Shown: positions 25,286 through 39,076 of the stretch, piece by piece
Layout: every line of letters begins with the position of its first letter
Position numbering within the stretch: the first letter of the stretch is position 1
Assembly: GCA_002633005.1 (NCBI GenBank)
Contig: NMRA01000079.1
Location: 852,558-916,557, forward strand
Origin: Phoronis australis
Lineage: Eukaryota; Animalia; Phoronida
Length of the DNA: 64,000 nt
Direction of reading: 5' to 3'
Translations under genes and position numbers: made by a program
The notes under the pieces: generated by a model
Seen by the model: the letters and a program-made list of their open reading frames with translations, nothing else
What the model was told of the DNA's origin: nothing
The model's database searches: none

Positions 25286-28200
25286 GTAAGTCGACAACAC
25301 GGGCTCAAACTCGATCCTACAATGTCTTTTAAGCCTTGTCTACTAAGTGTTGGACGAGTCCCAGTCGCAGGATGTTAATAAGCAGGTTGTTGCGCTCTTT
25401 GTTGCAACTATCACCTAACCTCAGTTTGGACCAGTTGCTGTGCAAAGCACACAGTGCAATGTTGGAATATGTCTAGCAAACAGAGTTCATCTATGTAGTG
25501 ATCTGCAGAAGAACATGGGCAAAGGTTGCGACTGCGACTGTAACATTATGTGGACCAGGTTCAAAGCTCCTCTGCCGAGTAAAGTGTCTTTGTCATGCAA
25601 GTGTACACGTACAGCCTATATGACAAATTTGAGAAGCCTGAAATCCTTTCCCACAAAAACGAAGCTCCTGTGTTAGTGAATGAGTAAATGAGGACCGTCT
25701 CCGCATTGATTACATTATAGTCTTCAAAATTAACCAGACAGACTTCGAGAAAGTTCTGCTATGGCCACACAATATCTTGCCAGAATTATATGTTCGTTGA
25801 GTTGGAATTTTGTCGCAATAACATCGTTTCATCAAACTTTTGTGACAGTTGGTGTATTTGCGCCTAGATGCCAGTTGTCTATTTGTTTAATGGATTTGCG
25901 CACTGAACTGGGATTTCGACAAGGTGAGTGAAGCAACACTTACGGAGATATAGTCGAAATTTAGCCACAAATGAAACGGATCCTTATTGAAAACAAATAA
26001 AAAATTTGTCGCGATTTTGTGAACCGTATCAACTTATGTTGAAGATTTCTTTTCGCGAACTGTAACTTTCATGTACCAAGTCAATAACGTATCACTCTCG
26101 CAGGTCTACCCATTTTTGTTTTCGATTGGGTTTTCATGGGCTTGAGGAGAATCATGAGTTGTAAGGTTACATCGTTTCACTGAACACTGAGAATAGTGCG
26201 AAACTATTAGCAACCACGGTACCAAGCTACATGTATTTAATCGATCTGACCCCTGAGAGAAGCTCGTCTAACGTCAAAGACCTAGTACTTGATGATTGGA
26301 CCAAGGAGTTAACTACAGTAGGGGTGTTCACTGGTGAGTTCGCTGTAATCGCTACTAGTGCCACCAAGTTGCGAATGAGCAATAGTCAAGTACAAAAAGC
26401 GGGAACAATTGGGGAAGGACACTTTTTGCAGCGCAATAATTTGCACAAATTCACCCACGAAAACACTAGAACTCTCATTTCTACGTGACCTAAGGGTGCA
26501 GAAAGGCAGGAAATATTTGTTATTAATAATACGATAAACCGTCGTTCATTTTGTGTGTCAAAATATCAAAACAGAAGTAAACCACCCGAACAATAGCAGG
26601 TACTGTATAATACTAGAAAAACATACCGATGGCCATACGTCAACATGGCCGGTGACAGCCACAGTCACAACCACGAGGCCTCAAATCTATTTATGAGTCA
26701 AGTTAGAGAACCTGTGGGTCTCGATGAAAAAATCGAAAATTTTAATGTGCCATTTGGCCCTAGTTAAGCAACACCAGCGCGTCAATGACAACGTCTAATC
26801 TCCAATGATTCCGGGCGCGGCACTAAAATTGTCTCTGGATCGACACTTGAAATAAAGTAGGAAAATACACAGGGATGGTACTGACAAGAAGTCATTAGGG
26901 ACATGCACAATACGAGGGCCCGAATTCACTTCAGCCTTGTTATCATTGGTCACAGGGGATCCAGCAACCACAGTTGTAACGATGGGAGGAGCTTTACACC
27001 CATGTGACGCCCCTTGCATTTTTCCTGTTTTTCACTCCTCACATGTATCCCATGGGAGGAGGTCAACACCCATTTGGCGCCTACCTGATTTTAATTTGTT
27101 TTGCAATTCTCCCATGTAGCCCCACCCCTTCCGCTGGCAACTGGAGGTGGGTACATCATGGAATTCACGAAAATTACATAGTCCGTGGAGGCATGAAATA
27201 AAATTAAGAACGGCAATTTTCTTTTTTATAAACTCAACTGTGGATCAAATGGTCTTTGACTGGAGCTTCAAGAGAACAAAATTTACATTTTCGTTCTCTT
27301 AAAGCTCCATTCAATTACATTTTATTGCATCTTACACTTTAACAATGACTAAAACACACATTTTCATTCTTATTTGATTATAAGTGAATGTAAACATACG
27401 CATTTTACCCATTTTTAATCACACGGTAATTTTATTGCACGTTGAACGTCATTTAAGTATGAATTAGTCAGTGATTACATGATTCAGACTCCTGCCGCTA
27501 ACATAGTTTTGCTTATTCGCCGCTTACAGCGCTAGTTTTTCGACTGACAACCATTCAGGCAGCGAATGAAAACATGGCGGGGTGGGACCTCCTATTGTAC
27601 TACACTCCCTGATTGGACCCAATAATTGCAAAAGTACATGCGAACCGCTGATGTCGCGTGCAATGGTTGATAATCCTCCAAGGGACGTTTGTAATCATGT
27701 GACTCAGTAACAGTTTCAGTGGTACATGAACACAACGTTATGAATCTGTTGTACATGCAGTAGGGAACGTTCCCCCGCATTTTGCTTTGTGGATCTGTAA
27801 AACTTCGCAACAACTTTGGTGGGCGTGGTCTTGCCGCGGAACAACTCCCTACAGGCACCAAGCCTTTGGACGTCTTGGAGTATATTTGCTTACGCGCCTT
27901 GATCATTTCAGCAATGACGGCGCGCATGTTGCCATATTCGATATCAATACACTATGGGGTAACCAGTTGGAAGAAGAACTCTTGTCGCTGGACAAGAAAG
28001 CGAAATTTTATACTGTTGACGTCAGCGACAATGGCCGTTGTGCTGAGGGAGTGCAAACTGTTGCAGACGACAATGGAGGCGTTGTGCATTTCCTGGTTAA
28101 CTGTTGCGCCTACTTTGGTGGTTTGCTAACGCGTGAGTAATTGAGACCGAGTCTCACGTATTCTCCAGCTAACTGGTGTTTTACAGACAGGAGTGAAGTC

Positions 28201-31200
28201 TACTTTCTGCTAATTGTGTTTAACTTACACGTTTCTTCACGATCCAACACTAAAGACACTTCAGTATGTTTGACTCACCCGGTGGGGAACTTTACGTTAT
28301 GGACATCGCATTGAAGTTTGTTCAGTTTGAAAATGATAACATCACAAAACGGAATTAAGAAAGATTTTACTTCAATTCTGGATGGATTTGAAACTGAATT
28401 CTTATCTAGTGGAGTATCTAGATTTTATCTGGCCGATATCTTATCATACTTCATTTGTAAAACTGGAAAGTGTCTTTGCGGTCATTCATATTTGCCCATG
28501 GTCTTTTACGTCCCGGGTTCTATGTATCCCAAAAGAAAATTATTTGAATGAAGGATTCCGCGTCTCACGGGTTTAAAGTTTTCCAAGATTCACGTGAGCT
28601 GGATCCATAGAGAATCCCCACCACATGTGACATATACCTGCACCTAAAGCAGCCGTGGGTGTGGAAGGTCGTTGTTACTTTTGAATAATTAGTGTGCCAG
28701 TAGTACAGTTGTATTTGAAATAGTTTGGAATATCTATACAGCACAATAGTTTTCAGCATAACCGGGAAAACGTTAAAATTCGGGACACAAAAGAGCTAAT
28801 GAATGTCTACTGGGTTCCTACTACAATCTGTTTGGACTATGGCTAAACGTCGCCAAAACCGCGACGGGTGTTGTCCCATTCAAGTTGCCGAAATTGCTAC
28901 ATCTAATTGCCCAGAAAAGCCCCTTGCAATGAGATATGCAATCAAGAAATGTTATCGTTTTTGCCGGGTTGGCGCTCGTGAAAATGGACGAATGGAACGT
29001 TGTCAGCGGCTTTATAAGTATAGAATGCAATCAAACCACACGTGTAGATCCTGATTAAAGTGACGAAAATAGTTAAATAGCTTGAAATGGAACTCAAAAC
29101 AGCCGAACACCCTATTGATGAATGAAATTCCCCGGTAGCTCAGTGTTCTGAGCGTTAGCATATTGTATATAAACTGGCGTTGTTTTCATTGAGTGGGGAA
29201 AGAATGGGAGTTGGCGATTTCTACGTGTAATAAAATCACACAATCACAACGTTTTTGTCCTACTAAGCTCTCGACGAAGCTGACAACTTCCAGAAATCGA
29301 TATCACCTACAGTAGCAATAAGCACAAAATTGCGTTCTTTGGCGGTAAAAACGATATTGTTCCTTTCATTTCAAGTAGCTTGATAAATCTAATATTAATT
29401 TCATATAGGCTTCTTCAATAGACTATTCATTTACATTTTGCAGCGTTTTCACTGACAAGCAGTGACACCTTACGGAAAACGTTAGAAGTCAACGTCGTTG
29501 GAGCATCAAATATGGCGAAAGCATGCCTTCCGTTTATGGAGAAAGGTTTGGCTATATTGTGTGGACGTACATCTTAAATGACGGGCCGTAAACTATGCGC
29601 TGCTTTCCTACAATGATTATTCTTTTGCGTTGATGAACTGCATTGCAGAATTGTTTTCTGTAGAATAAGTTATCTTGTTTTAGAACCAGTCTTGACATAA
29701 CATCAGTATCACTGCTGACAAAGAAACAAGCCCGAGTTTCGGAACGCTGGGAATAATTTATTACAACGTGTGGTAAACCAAAAAAAAAAAACAAACAAAA
29801 CTTTCACTTTCTTAGTCACCAGGAAACCACCTAAAGTTTATTGAACATCAGTGTGGTTGTATACGATTCATTAAAAAAACTCTTGCGTGTATTCACAAGT
29901 AGTCAATTTCAGCTTAACATTTAGTGACATTTTAAAGTATCGTGCTTGTCTAAGACGGATCAGTATCATATTTTCGGTATAACCTGGAACAGGCTTGCGC
30001 ACACAACGAGCCTTCGTTCTCTAGAATTGGAGAATTTATTGTCAGTGGCCCTAAACTCAAATGTCCCGTCGGCCATTTTTACGCATTTGTGGAACGAATA
30101 GCGAATTTTTTAATTATAAAAGACCTTACATGTATATTAACGTTAAAAATTATCACAAATATTTAAATATATTTTAAATATATGTAATGTATTCTACAGA
30201 TTGTTTTTATTTTCCTAATCAACTTCAGTCGTGTGGAGTCAGATTTTAGTTCCTGGGTGATGCGTCCCCTTATCCTCACAGGTACATGTACACTGTAGGA
30301 TTCACAGGTTGGGTTCCTGCTATCAAAAGTTTTTTCAGATTTGTAGATCTCATTGTAAGAAAAGGAGGCATTTAATTTCATTTTCACATCTCCATATGAT
30401 ATAATACTTAATGTTGACACAAAGTTGGGCAGATGGCTGCCGACCAGGCCAGGAGGGGGCACCAGACGGGGAACCCGCGTAAGTTATTGCGGGAGACAAG
30501 TGAACAATTCATGTGGCAAGCGACATTTGAAGGACCATTTCCCGCATAAAGATAATTCCGCTACCTTCGACGTTAGCAGTGGCTAACCGCGAAGTTAAGT
30601 GTCTCTGTTCCCACCAGCTTCGAAGTTATTCAGACAACTGATTCCGTTAGAGTTATCGCTGCTTGTCTGAGTATCAGGCTATCTGAACAATAAGTAAAAC
30701 TGGAACTCGTTTTGCGAACGTTCAGTGATTTTTGGAAACGTGAAAAATCCAGCAAATACATGGATGAATTGAAACGGAATGCTTATATTGCCGAAATAAT
30801 AAATGAAAGGGCAAAATATTAACCAGTCACACTCCGCTGTTGGCAAACACAATGGCTAAGTAACTTCGGAGACATCGAAGTTAAACTTTCCCATTTTAGT
30901 GAAGCGTCGACATTTCGCTATTAAATCTACGTATTTACCCCGGAGTACTCTCGCGCTGTAAACTTAGATCCAACACCAAAGTTAAGTGTTCCCATTGACA
31001 GAAACTTCGCCCTTACCGAATCTTTGAAACCAGGGCGGATGACCTTTGCCACAAAATTATTCACACTGCTTTCTCATAAATCGGACCAATATACTTTCTT
31101 TTCTTCCAGCTGGTTCCGACGCTGGCATCGTAAACGTCAGCAGCATTCGCGCCCATATTGCTGGGCCTGACCGGTCTTCGTATAGCTCGTCGAAGGCTGC

Positions 31201-34200
31201 CCTGAGTATGCTCACAAAATGTATGGCGCTTGATTTGTCATCGAAAGGAATACGTGTGAACGCTGTTAGTCCGGGCTTCGTCTTCACACCATCGAAGGTA
31301 AACATTTTCTTCTTTTTGGCGGAAGTTTCTCGCCAACACGAGTACAGTAGGGCATGTCTTGGGAATGTGTGCGCGGAGACTCTGCTTATGCGTGCAGAGG
31401 TGTATGTATCTGCTAGTCTTACGCTACAGTAGTTGAACAAATTTTTTCAAAAAATAGGCAAGTCTCTGCCAGACTACTTTAAGCATACATGTATATCAAA
31501 ATCTTGCCTGTTTTTTAACAGCTTGGTCGAAACCCCGTCGCAATCAAGCGGGCGTTTTGTCGAATTTTTCTCGGAATTCAAGTAGATTTAATTGCGCCTA
31601 GCTGCCGATTGCTTATTTGTAATGGACTTGCAAAGTTAGTTGTTGCGATTTTGACGAGATTTATTCAGTAGAGTACCGCTTTCTAGTAAAAAAGATATTA
31701 TGCGAGGTTTTGTGCACTGAAACGTCGTCGGCTTATGATGCTGTCTAGTTTAGTTTGAAAACTATTGTAAAAACGGCCGTGATTCGTGGTGTGGTGGAGC
31801 AAACAAATTTGAGATGAAAGGAGAATCTTTTTTAACATTTACCATTACCGCTAATCTGTCAACAGTATCGGGACCTCACCTTTAGGGTATAATGGCAAGA
31901 GAATACAGTGTGTAGCAGGCTTAAAGGAGAATGCAACCCGATTTAATTAGTCTTTTTTGCCGTCTTAATCGGTCCATATCCACATCGCCGCGCATACGGT
32001 CGACCTTACCTTGCCAAGAGGTGTCGCGTTAACCTGTGAGGAAGGTGAGAAACGACGCTAGCGACTTCAGTGGTTCATCTGCCGAATGCCGCTATGTTGC
32101 GGTGCATCGTTCCCGCTTGTCCGAACTATGCAGCTGGGAGGAAAGCGGGAATATCGTTTTTTCGACTTCCTCGAGAAACCGAAATGCTTGGGAAGTGGCT
32201 AATGGTAGTGAAGAATGAAAGGTACGCTGTAAATAGCAAGTATGAGGCCGTGAAACATCTCCGTGTCTGTGTCCTGCAGTCGTCGACAGTGCCTGACGAA
32301 TTCCGGCTTACCAAATAACTATCCAATCCACGCGCCTCTCTAGTGTTTCTTCATCACTGTATTCCTGTTCGAATTGATAATCTGTGAAACTTAACGATCC
32401 ACCTGCGAAGTCTTCAGTAGGGATCGACTGATGAGCTCTTCAAAATGAATTATTCTCACCCTAACCAATACTTATATAAAACTGAAACAAAATCTGCCTC
32501 ATTAGATGCAATTTGTAATGCCTTTGGAGTGTTCGTGAGTGCAAATGGTTTGAGAAGCCAGCAATGAATAAATCACTGCGTTACCGGCTTTAGGTGCACT
32601 AAATCTAATTGACGGGACACCGAGGCCGTGTGAGCTCATGCTAATTTAGTGTTTGCTGGCAGAAACTGTTGTGAAACAACTCAGTCGATTTCCACCCCAC
32701 GGCCTGGTGTTAGAGGAGTCTTTATTTACATTTACATTATTAAAATAATGATTGTCAATGTATAACTTTTCCCTTGAACGTGCTGTGGCCAAAGCGGAAC
32801 CTAAATTCGCGGCTACCGACGAGTAAGTAGATTTGCAGTTTCGTGGGTAATTCACCAAGATAATCACGTGTGCATTACTTTGGCTCACTAGTATAGTATT
32901 TTCTTGACTGGAAGTTCAGTTTCTTACTTTGGATGGTATATGTTCGTGATGTCTGATCAGTTTCCGAGCCACTGGCCGGGATAATGAGTCATCCGGCCGG
33001 CCGCGACGGGCCTGATCGGGCTCCAAGCCACTGGCCAAGATAATTAAGCGTTTTGTGTGTTTCATTGAACTCAAAAAATCACAAGTCTAAACAACACAGA
33101 TCTGGGTTCTCCTGTCTGTATCTCACGGAAAATACTTCGAATTCGTCTCCGAACAGACCCCAAACTCCTGATACGGAGCTTATTGGCATGCCTAACTTTG
33201 GAGGTTACGGTGTGTCCAAATTCCAATAAGTCCGTAACATCGAAATAAAATAACACGTTTTTATAAGAACTCGGTGTATTTTTAAGGGTTTTACATCGAA
33301 GTTTGATGATTTATTGGTGTTAAAGGATGAATTCAAGCGATAAGCTGACACCAGTAACCCGTGTTGTGAACTGCTGATCAGACTGCGTGTGAAACCAATT
33401 ACGTCATTGGATAATTTCAACCCACCCGTCTGCCGTCAGGTGTCAGATAACGCAACCGTACGTGCCGTTATGGAGTAGAACTAGTCGATCTAAATTGATA
33501 CAAATTAGGTTGTTTTTTGGGTGGCATGTTCCTATAAATAGCATTTAGTTATTGAGCTTAACAGCATGGGAAATGGCTACGCTTCTGTTGTGATGACAAA
33601 AGACACGTGAAACAGAAAGGGTGTACAAAATGACTTTATTATCAAATACTGTATAATTTAATTTGAATCTAGCTATGTAAAAGCTATTATTATCTTGAAG
33701 AGCAGAGAGGAGGTCCAAAGTGGTTCGGTTTTCAAACTATTTGCGTTTGACTGTATAAAACTTTTAACACCTTGCATTCAATTGTAAGTGCAGGGCTAGT
33801 TATACATTCAAAATAATCGTGTGGGTCTAGTACGCACTAAAGACAAGTAAGTGCGCATCAGCTTTTACGGAGACGCTCTGTCTTGATAAATTTTGGTCCT
33901 GGTGTGATTGTTGTTGGACCTCAGTTCTATCGCGACAGCGAAGTCAATGCATGTACACTTTACTGCGCTCACTAAATGCTGATGTTACAGAGAGTCAGCG
34001 ATTTTGCACTTAAATAATGCCACAATGCCCTTAAGGCATTTTTACGCTGACAGGATTTTCACGCAAGTCGACAAAAAAGCGCCCACTGCTCAACCAAGAG
34101 TAGCTAGCGAATTCTTGGGCACATCAAGGGCTTGATGGCGCAGTCACAGATTTATGGGCAAGTCGCTCTTTATGGGCGAGGTCGAATGTGTACCTTTGGA

Positions 34201-34816
34201 TAAGAGATAATTACGGTGGTAACCAACGCGCCTGTTTGGCGTATTAGTTTCGAAGTCAAAAAATCAAATAATAAGCGAGGCAAACGGAAATCTAACTTTT
34301 TTGAAATTGAAAAGTAAATGCTATCCGCTTTCAAAATTTTAAAATCGCTGCATAATACGATGAATTAACGTACGGTTCATTCATATGTTTTCTTAACTAG
34401 GGTGGCTACCGCACACCTATTCTGTGAATCGATCATGACGAGTTAGTCATGGTCTGGTTTAAGCTAGTTCAGCCGTTTGAGCAATACAACCTCAGAAATT
34501 TGTTGCCTCACGCCCAACCTGTTACACCTAAGGATAAAGGCCAGGGGTTCACCAAACTTGAAAGATTGAGGAATCGTGTGAAATGTTCGTTTACCTCTTT
34601 CAGTCTGTGCACAGTGATGAACCACGTGGTGGAGACTTCGAGACTAATACAGTTGGACGAAAATATCATATGAACGTGAAAGGATTCATTGAAGCGGCCG
34701 GAATCGCGTCTGTCATCACTTTTCTCTGCAGCAAAGACGCTACGTACATAGATGGCGCTGACCTTCCAGTCGACTGTGGATTTACAGCAATGGGACCCGG
34801 AGGTCAAGGGAAATAA
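25143..34816 (+). CDS. SDR paralog B, intact 5-exon classical NAD(H)-type SDR oxidoreductase, 288 aa
   Basis: Exons 25143-25285, 27912-28132, 29444-29545, 31110-31297, 34604-34816 sum to 867 nt in frame, all GT-AG. TGGASGIG, Asp after beta2 (IFDIN), N-S-Y-K tetrad (VNVVG, NVSS, YSSSK). Confidence 0.9.
27912..28132 (+). CDS. SDR B exon 2
   Basis: NDGAHVAIFDINTLWGNQLEEELLSLDKKAKFYTVDVSD...HFLVNCCAYFGGLLT; tttcag/gtgagt. Confidence 0.9.
29444..29545 (+). CDS. SDR B exon 3
   Basis: FSLTSSDTLRKTLEVNVVGASNMAKACLPFMEK; ttgcag/gtttgg. Confidence 0.88.
31110..31297 (+). CDS. SDR B exon 4
   Basis: GSDAGIVNVSSIRAHIAGPDRSSYSSSKAALSMLTKCMALDLSSKGIRVNAVSPGFVFTPSK; ttccag/gtaaac. Confidence 0.9.
31925..33533 (+). 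mobile_element. Kolobok-like non-autonomous element with THAP remnant (copy 1, SDR B intron 4)
   Basis: TTAA|AGGAGAATGCAACCC...GGGTGGCATGTTCCT|ATAA; THAP-like MLRCIVPACPNY...SFFRLPRETEMLGKWL...LRVC. Confidence 0.75.
34604..34816 (+). CDS. SDR B exon 5
   Basis: SVHSDEPRGGDFETNTVGRKYHMNVKGFIEAAGIASVITFLCSKDATYIDGADLPVDCGFTAMGPGGQGK*. Confidence 0.9.
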   Translation, partial: SVHSDEPRGGDFETNTVGRKYHMNVKGFIEAAGIASVITFLCSKDATYIDGADLPVDCGFTAMGPGGQGK

Positions 34817-35187
34817 CAAATTTTCTTGAAACTATCCTATCCACTTCAGTTTAACGCACTCTTATGACTTTGTTGAAGACAACATGAGCCTCATTGTATA
34901 TAATTTTGCAAAATGATACAGCCGCGCCACCTTCCGTTCACAGGATAATGAGCCACCACTTGAATGTTGCGTTTAATAGTAATGAACGTGACGCAGTTGT
35001 TACATGTTTGAGGAATAATAAGTATGCGAAACAAACTCGTTAAATTTAATTGTCTTACACCCAGCCTTCATCACAGCATTGCAATCTTGTGAAGAGCTGC
35101 CATCTTGTTCTCTTTGGTCGTTTTAGGATAAAGTCAATCCGTGAATTTAAACCAGCTGAACATGAATAAAAGCTTTTGCAAATTTAA

Positions 35188-35526
35188 GGGGTCATTAAAC
35201 GATTACAGCTGAGAATTGCAAATGGCAATTTTAAGATTGGTGTTGATGAAGTTATTAGCTTTTACTAGAGCTGTAGAACAACAAAATCTGTTGTGATTTT
35301 GATTGATTACAAATCTCCAATTTTCGGCGTTCACTGTCTGCCAGACAATCGCCAAATCAAGACAGGTGTCTGGACCAGACCAATCCGCTTAAATATTTTG
35401 CCATTCATCGATAAGTGGGACTGAACTGGGCCACCATAGTGTTTGGCTGTGACCGTGGAATTTCCAGGCTTATTTCTTGACTGAGACTGTTCTCATGGAA
35501 TTATTTTGATCCAAGATAATGCCCCT
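35188..35526. mobile_element. Short TTAA-flanked MITE (Kolobok-like ends)
   Basis: TTAA|GGGGTCATTA...TAATGCCCCT|TTAA. Confidence 0.45.
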
Positions 35527-36583
35527 TTAATTTACAATCACAGTAGTACTAGTGTTATAATTTCAGAATTACTTCAGGAATAAATTGGAGTTATGTCGCA
35601 CTTGGCTAACACTCTAAGGTGCCCCACTGGAACTGCGTGGTTACAGTATGTACATTACACTAAGTGTGGTACGCGCACGGCGCACCTGTACAACGCAATG
35701 CTGTTGGCGGGGATTCTAACGACTTACTTCTCATGTCTTTAACAGTAGATTTACGCTTTCCTTCTCCCTTACGGAGTGTTTGCTCAATTATTTTTGCAAA
35801 ACAGGAAATACATGAATATGCTTCCCGCGGAGGAATCTACAGTAGGTTCCGTCAAATTGGATGATTATTTTGGCGGACTCTGATATTATCTCGAGTCGGT
35901 GTTGATTGGTATTGTCATCTCGGATATACATGTACTTGTTATAACTACAAGTACAGCAAGACATGACCGTGGCGACTGGGCGATACTTTTTATTGAGTAG
36001 GAGCGGCGTGCGGGTGTGACGAACGCACTGATACGCCGTAACTCTGGAGGCAGAAAACTTTGGAGAATTAGCGACTAGTCGGATATGGCTGCGGTCACCG
36101 GGTCACTAGAAGAGCTGGTAAAGGACAAACAAAACACGCAACAATTATATGTGGAACGGGCCCCAATATTCTTAGAAGAACTAATGAACTGAAAGCTTTG
36201 AACTCGATTTCATTGAAAGTGGGTTCATTTGTACTCAACAAAAACGGCCAATGTCGATGTCAGCGATGTTTTATATGCTGTTTTTATGCGATGTTGCAAA
36301 AGGGTTAATATACCATATTCCCTTATCTGTCTACAACCACGCGTGTTGTTGACAGCTAGCTGCAACACAAAAAAATGTCGCCTTATGAGACACGTGACTT
36401 CACGCCCATTAATACTAGAATGTCCAAACACTGTCTTTATTTACATGTGCTTCGGACTAACGAACATTGACTAAAACCAATTTTAAATTATGCTTCATCT
36501 TAAAACATAATAGAAAGAGAAAGTGCATGTTTTTGTAGTCCGAAACGCCGACCGTCAGCTTTTTCGGACTATTGAGCCTTTAA

Positions 36584-38461
36584 AGGCTAATGCCACCCGA
36601 TTTAATTAGTCTTTTTTACCGTCTTAATCGGTCTGGGGCCACATCGGCTCGTACACGGTCGACATTATCTTGCCGAGAGGTGTCGCGTTAGCCTGTGAGG
36701 AAGGTGAGAAAGTCCGCAGCGACGTCAGTGGTTCGTATGCTGAGTGAATTCCGCCATGGTGTGGTGTGTCGTTCCTGCCTGTTCGAACTATGAAGCGGCG
36801 AGGAAAGCGGGTACATCGTTTTTTCGATTTCCTCGAGAGCCCGAAATGCTTCAGAAGTGGCTCACGGCAGTGAAAAATGACAACAGTACGGAGTTCATAC
36901 CAAGTACGAGGCCGTGAAACATCTCCGTGTCTGTGGCCGACATTTCGTGGACAGTGATTTCACTGACGAATTCCGGCTTGCCAAACAGCTCATACCAGGG
37001 CAGAAAAAGCAACCGAGGCTGAAGTCAGATGCTGTGCCTAGTGTGTTTGCGTCCTTCAGGCAGGAAGCAAAGAAACGTGGATCAGTTGTTTCCATTATGG
37101 TGTTGTTAGCGCACTGATACCATGAGACGGTTTTCGGAACTATCCATGTGCTCCATTGTTTGTGCACGTTCACGGCGCCTGTCTAATACTTCTTGATCAG
37201 TGTACTCTAGCAGGTTCGAACTGATATCCTGAGAAAACTAACGATCTACCTGGGAAGTCTTCGTCAGATGAGTACTCCTCCAAGTCGGGATTGCGAGTTG
37301 CCATGTTGACGTTTATTACTCAGTAAGCGTTCCGTTTCAAAATGAATTATTCTCACCCTAACCGATACTTATATATAAAACTGAAAGAAAGTGTGTCCCA
37401 TTAGATGCAATTTGTAATGCCTTTGGAGTGTTCGTGAGTGCAAATGATTTGAGAAGCCAGCAATCAATAAATCACTGCGTTACCGGCTTCAGGTGCAATA
37501 AAACTAATTTGACCGGACACCGAGGCCGTGTGAGCGCAAGCTAATTCAGTGTTTGCTGACAGAATCTGTTGTGAAACAATAACTCGATATTCCATCCCAC
37601 GGCCAGGTGTTAGGGGAATCTTTATTTACTTATACATTATTCAAATAATGATTGTCAATGTACAACTTCTGCCCTGGCGGTTCTGTGGCCAAACGGGAAC
37701 CTGAATTCACGGCCCCCGACGATCGGCCTTAGTAGATTTGCAGTTTCGTGGTTTCACCAAAATAATCACGTGCACATTACTTCTTTAGCTCAATAGTATA
37801 GTATTTTCTTGACTTCAAGCTTAGTTTCCAACTTTGGATGGTTAATGTTTGTTGTGTCTTCAGTCCGGTCGCGACGGGCCTGATTGGGTTCCGAGCCACT
37901 GGCCGGGATAACGAGTCAGTCCGGCCTCGACGGGCCTGATCGGGTTTCTAGACACTGGCCGGGATAACAAGCGTTTTTTGTGTTTAGAACTAAAAAATAC
38001 AAGTCTAAACAACACACATCTAGGTCAGTCCTACTGTCTGTATTTCACGGAAAAATACTTAGAATTTATCTCCGAACAGAACACGAACTCCTGCTACGGA
38101 CCTTGGTAAATTGGACTGCCGAAATTTGTTGGCTACGGTGTGTCCAAATACCAATAAATCCGTAACAGTGAAATAAGACAACACGTTTTTATAAGAACTC
38201 GGTGTATTTTTAAGGGTTTTACATCGAAGTTTGATCATTTATTGGTGTTAAATGATGAATTCAAGCGATAAGCTGACACCAGTTACCCGTGTTGTGAACT
38301 GCTGAACAGACTGCGTGTGAAACCGATGACCTCAGTGGAAAATTTCATCACCTCCGTCTGCCGTCAGGTGTCAGGTAACGCAACCGTACGTGCCGCTATC
38401 GAGGAGAACTACTCGATCTAAATTGATACAAATTAGGTTGTTTTTTGGGTGGCATGCTCCT
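36584..38461 (+). mobile_element. Kolobok-like non-autonomous element with THAP remnant (copy 2)
   Basis: TTAA|AGGCTAATGCCACCC...GGGTGGCATGCTCCT|TTAA. THAP from ATG 36756: MVWCVVPACSNY...FFRFPREPEMLQKWL, frameshift, LRVCGRHFVDSDF...LKSDAVPSVF. Confidence 0.8.
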
Positions 38462-39076
38462 TTAAACTATCGACCTAGACCCGGTTTGAGCAAAACGATC
38501 GTGTCCTTTCAGAGTGCCAAAATATATTCTATTTCCGCAGCTGGCCTTCCATTTTATGTATGCGGTTTCAACTGTTGATACCACCACTATTTCAGACATG
38601 ATTGACATCATAGGAACAATGATATTTCTTTCAGCTCTTAAGCTAAAACACGTTATTATGCCGCCACTTTTTACGTTATTGGCTCGCGCTTCTCAAAGGC
38701 GATCGTTTGCTACTGCACGAACAGAATCTGTCAACCTGTCACCAATAACTGCGTGTTTTTATTTTCATCCACCACAATCTCTTTAAGAAATTGTCATTCG
38801 CATTAAGGTATTAGACAGAACCCATCGGCATCAAAAACTTTGGTCTTGCTCTTTTTGTGTGTACCATTAGTGATGACTTCAAGGCAGTGAAACACTGGCT
38901 GAAATAAATCAACCTATCGTAGATTAAAATGGGTGTTTTTTTCTCTCAAATTGTCTTCTGAAATTGAATTCTCCGTTTAAAAAATGTTATTATCGTTTGT
39001 TGCCGAAGAATGCAATTTCATTTTTTCTGTTGTGTTTACAAAGGGATTGTGTTTGCTGTAATGACGGATACTCAAT

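Noticed and set aside
32428-32450. Other CTGATGA strings as hammerhead cores (also ~47436, 62206, 63154)
   Set aside because: No stem II followed by GAAA and a cleavage triplet.
36756-37117. Domesticated THAP transcription factor gene
   Set aside because: Frameshifted, inside TIR/TTAA-bounded element with a second decayed copy; transposon remnant.
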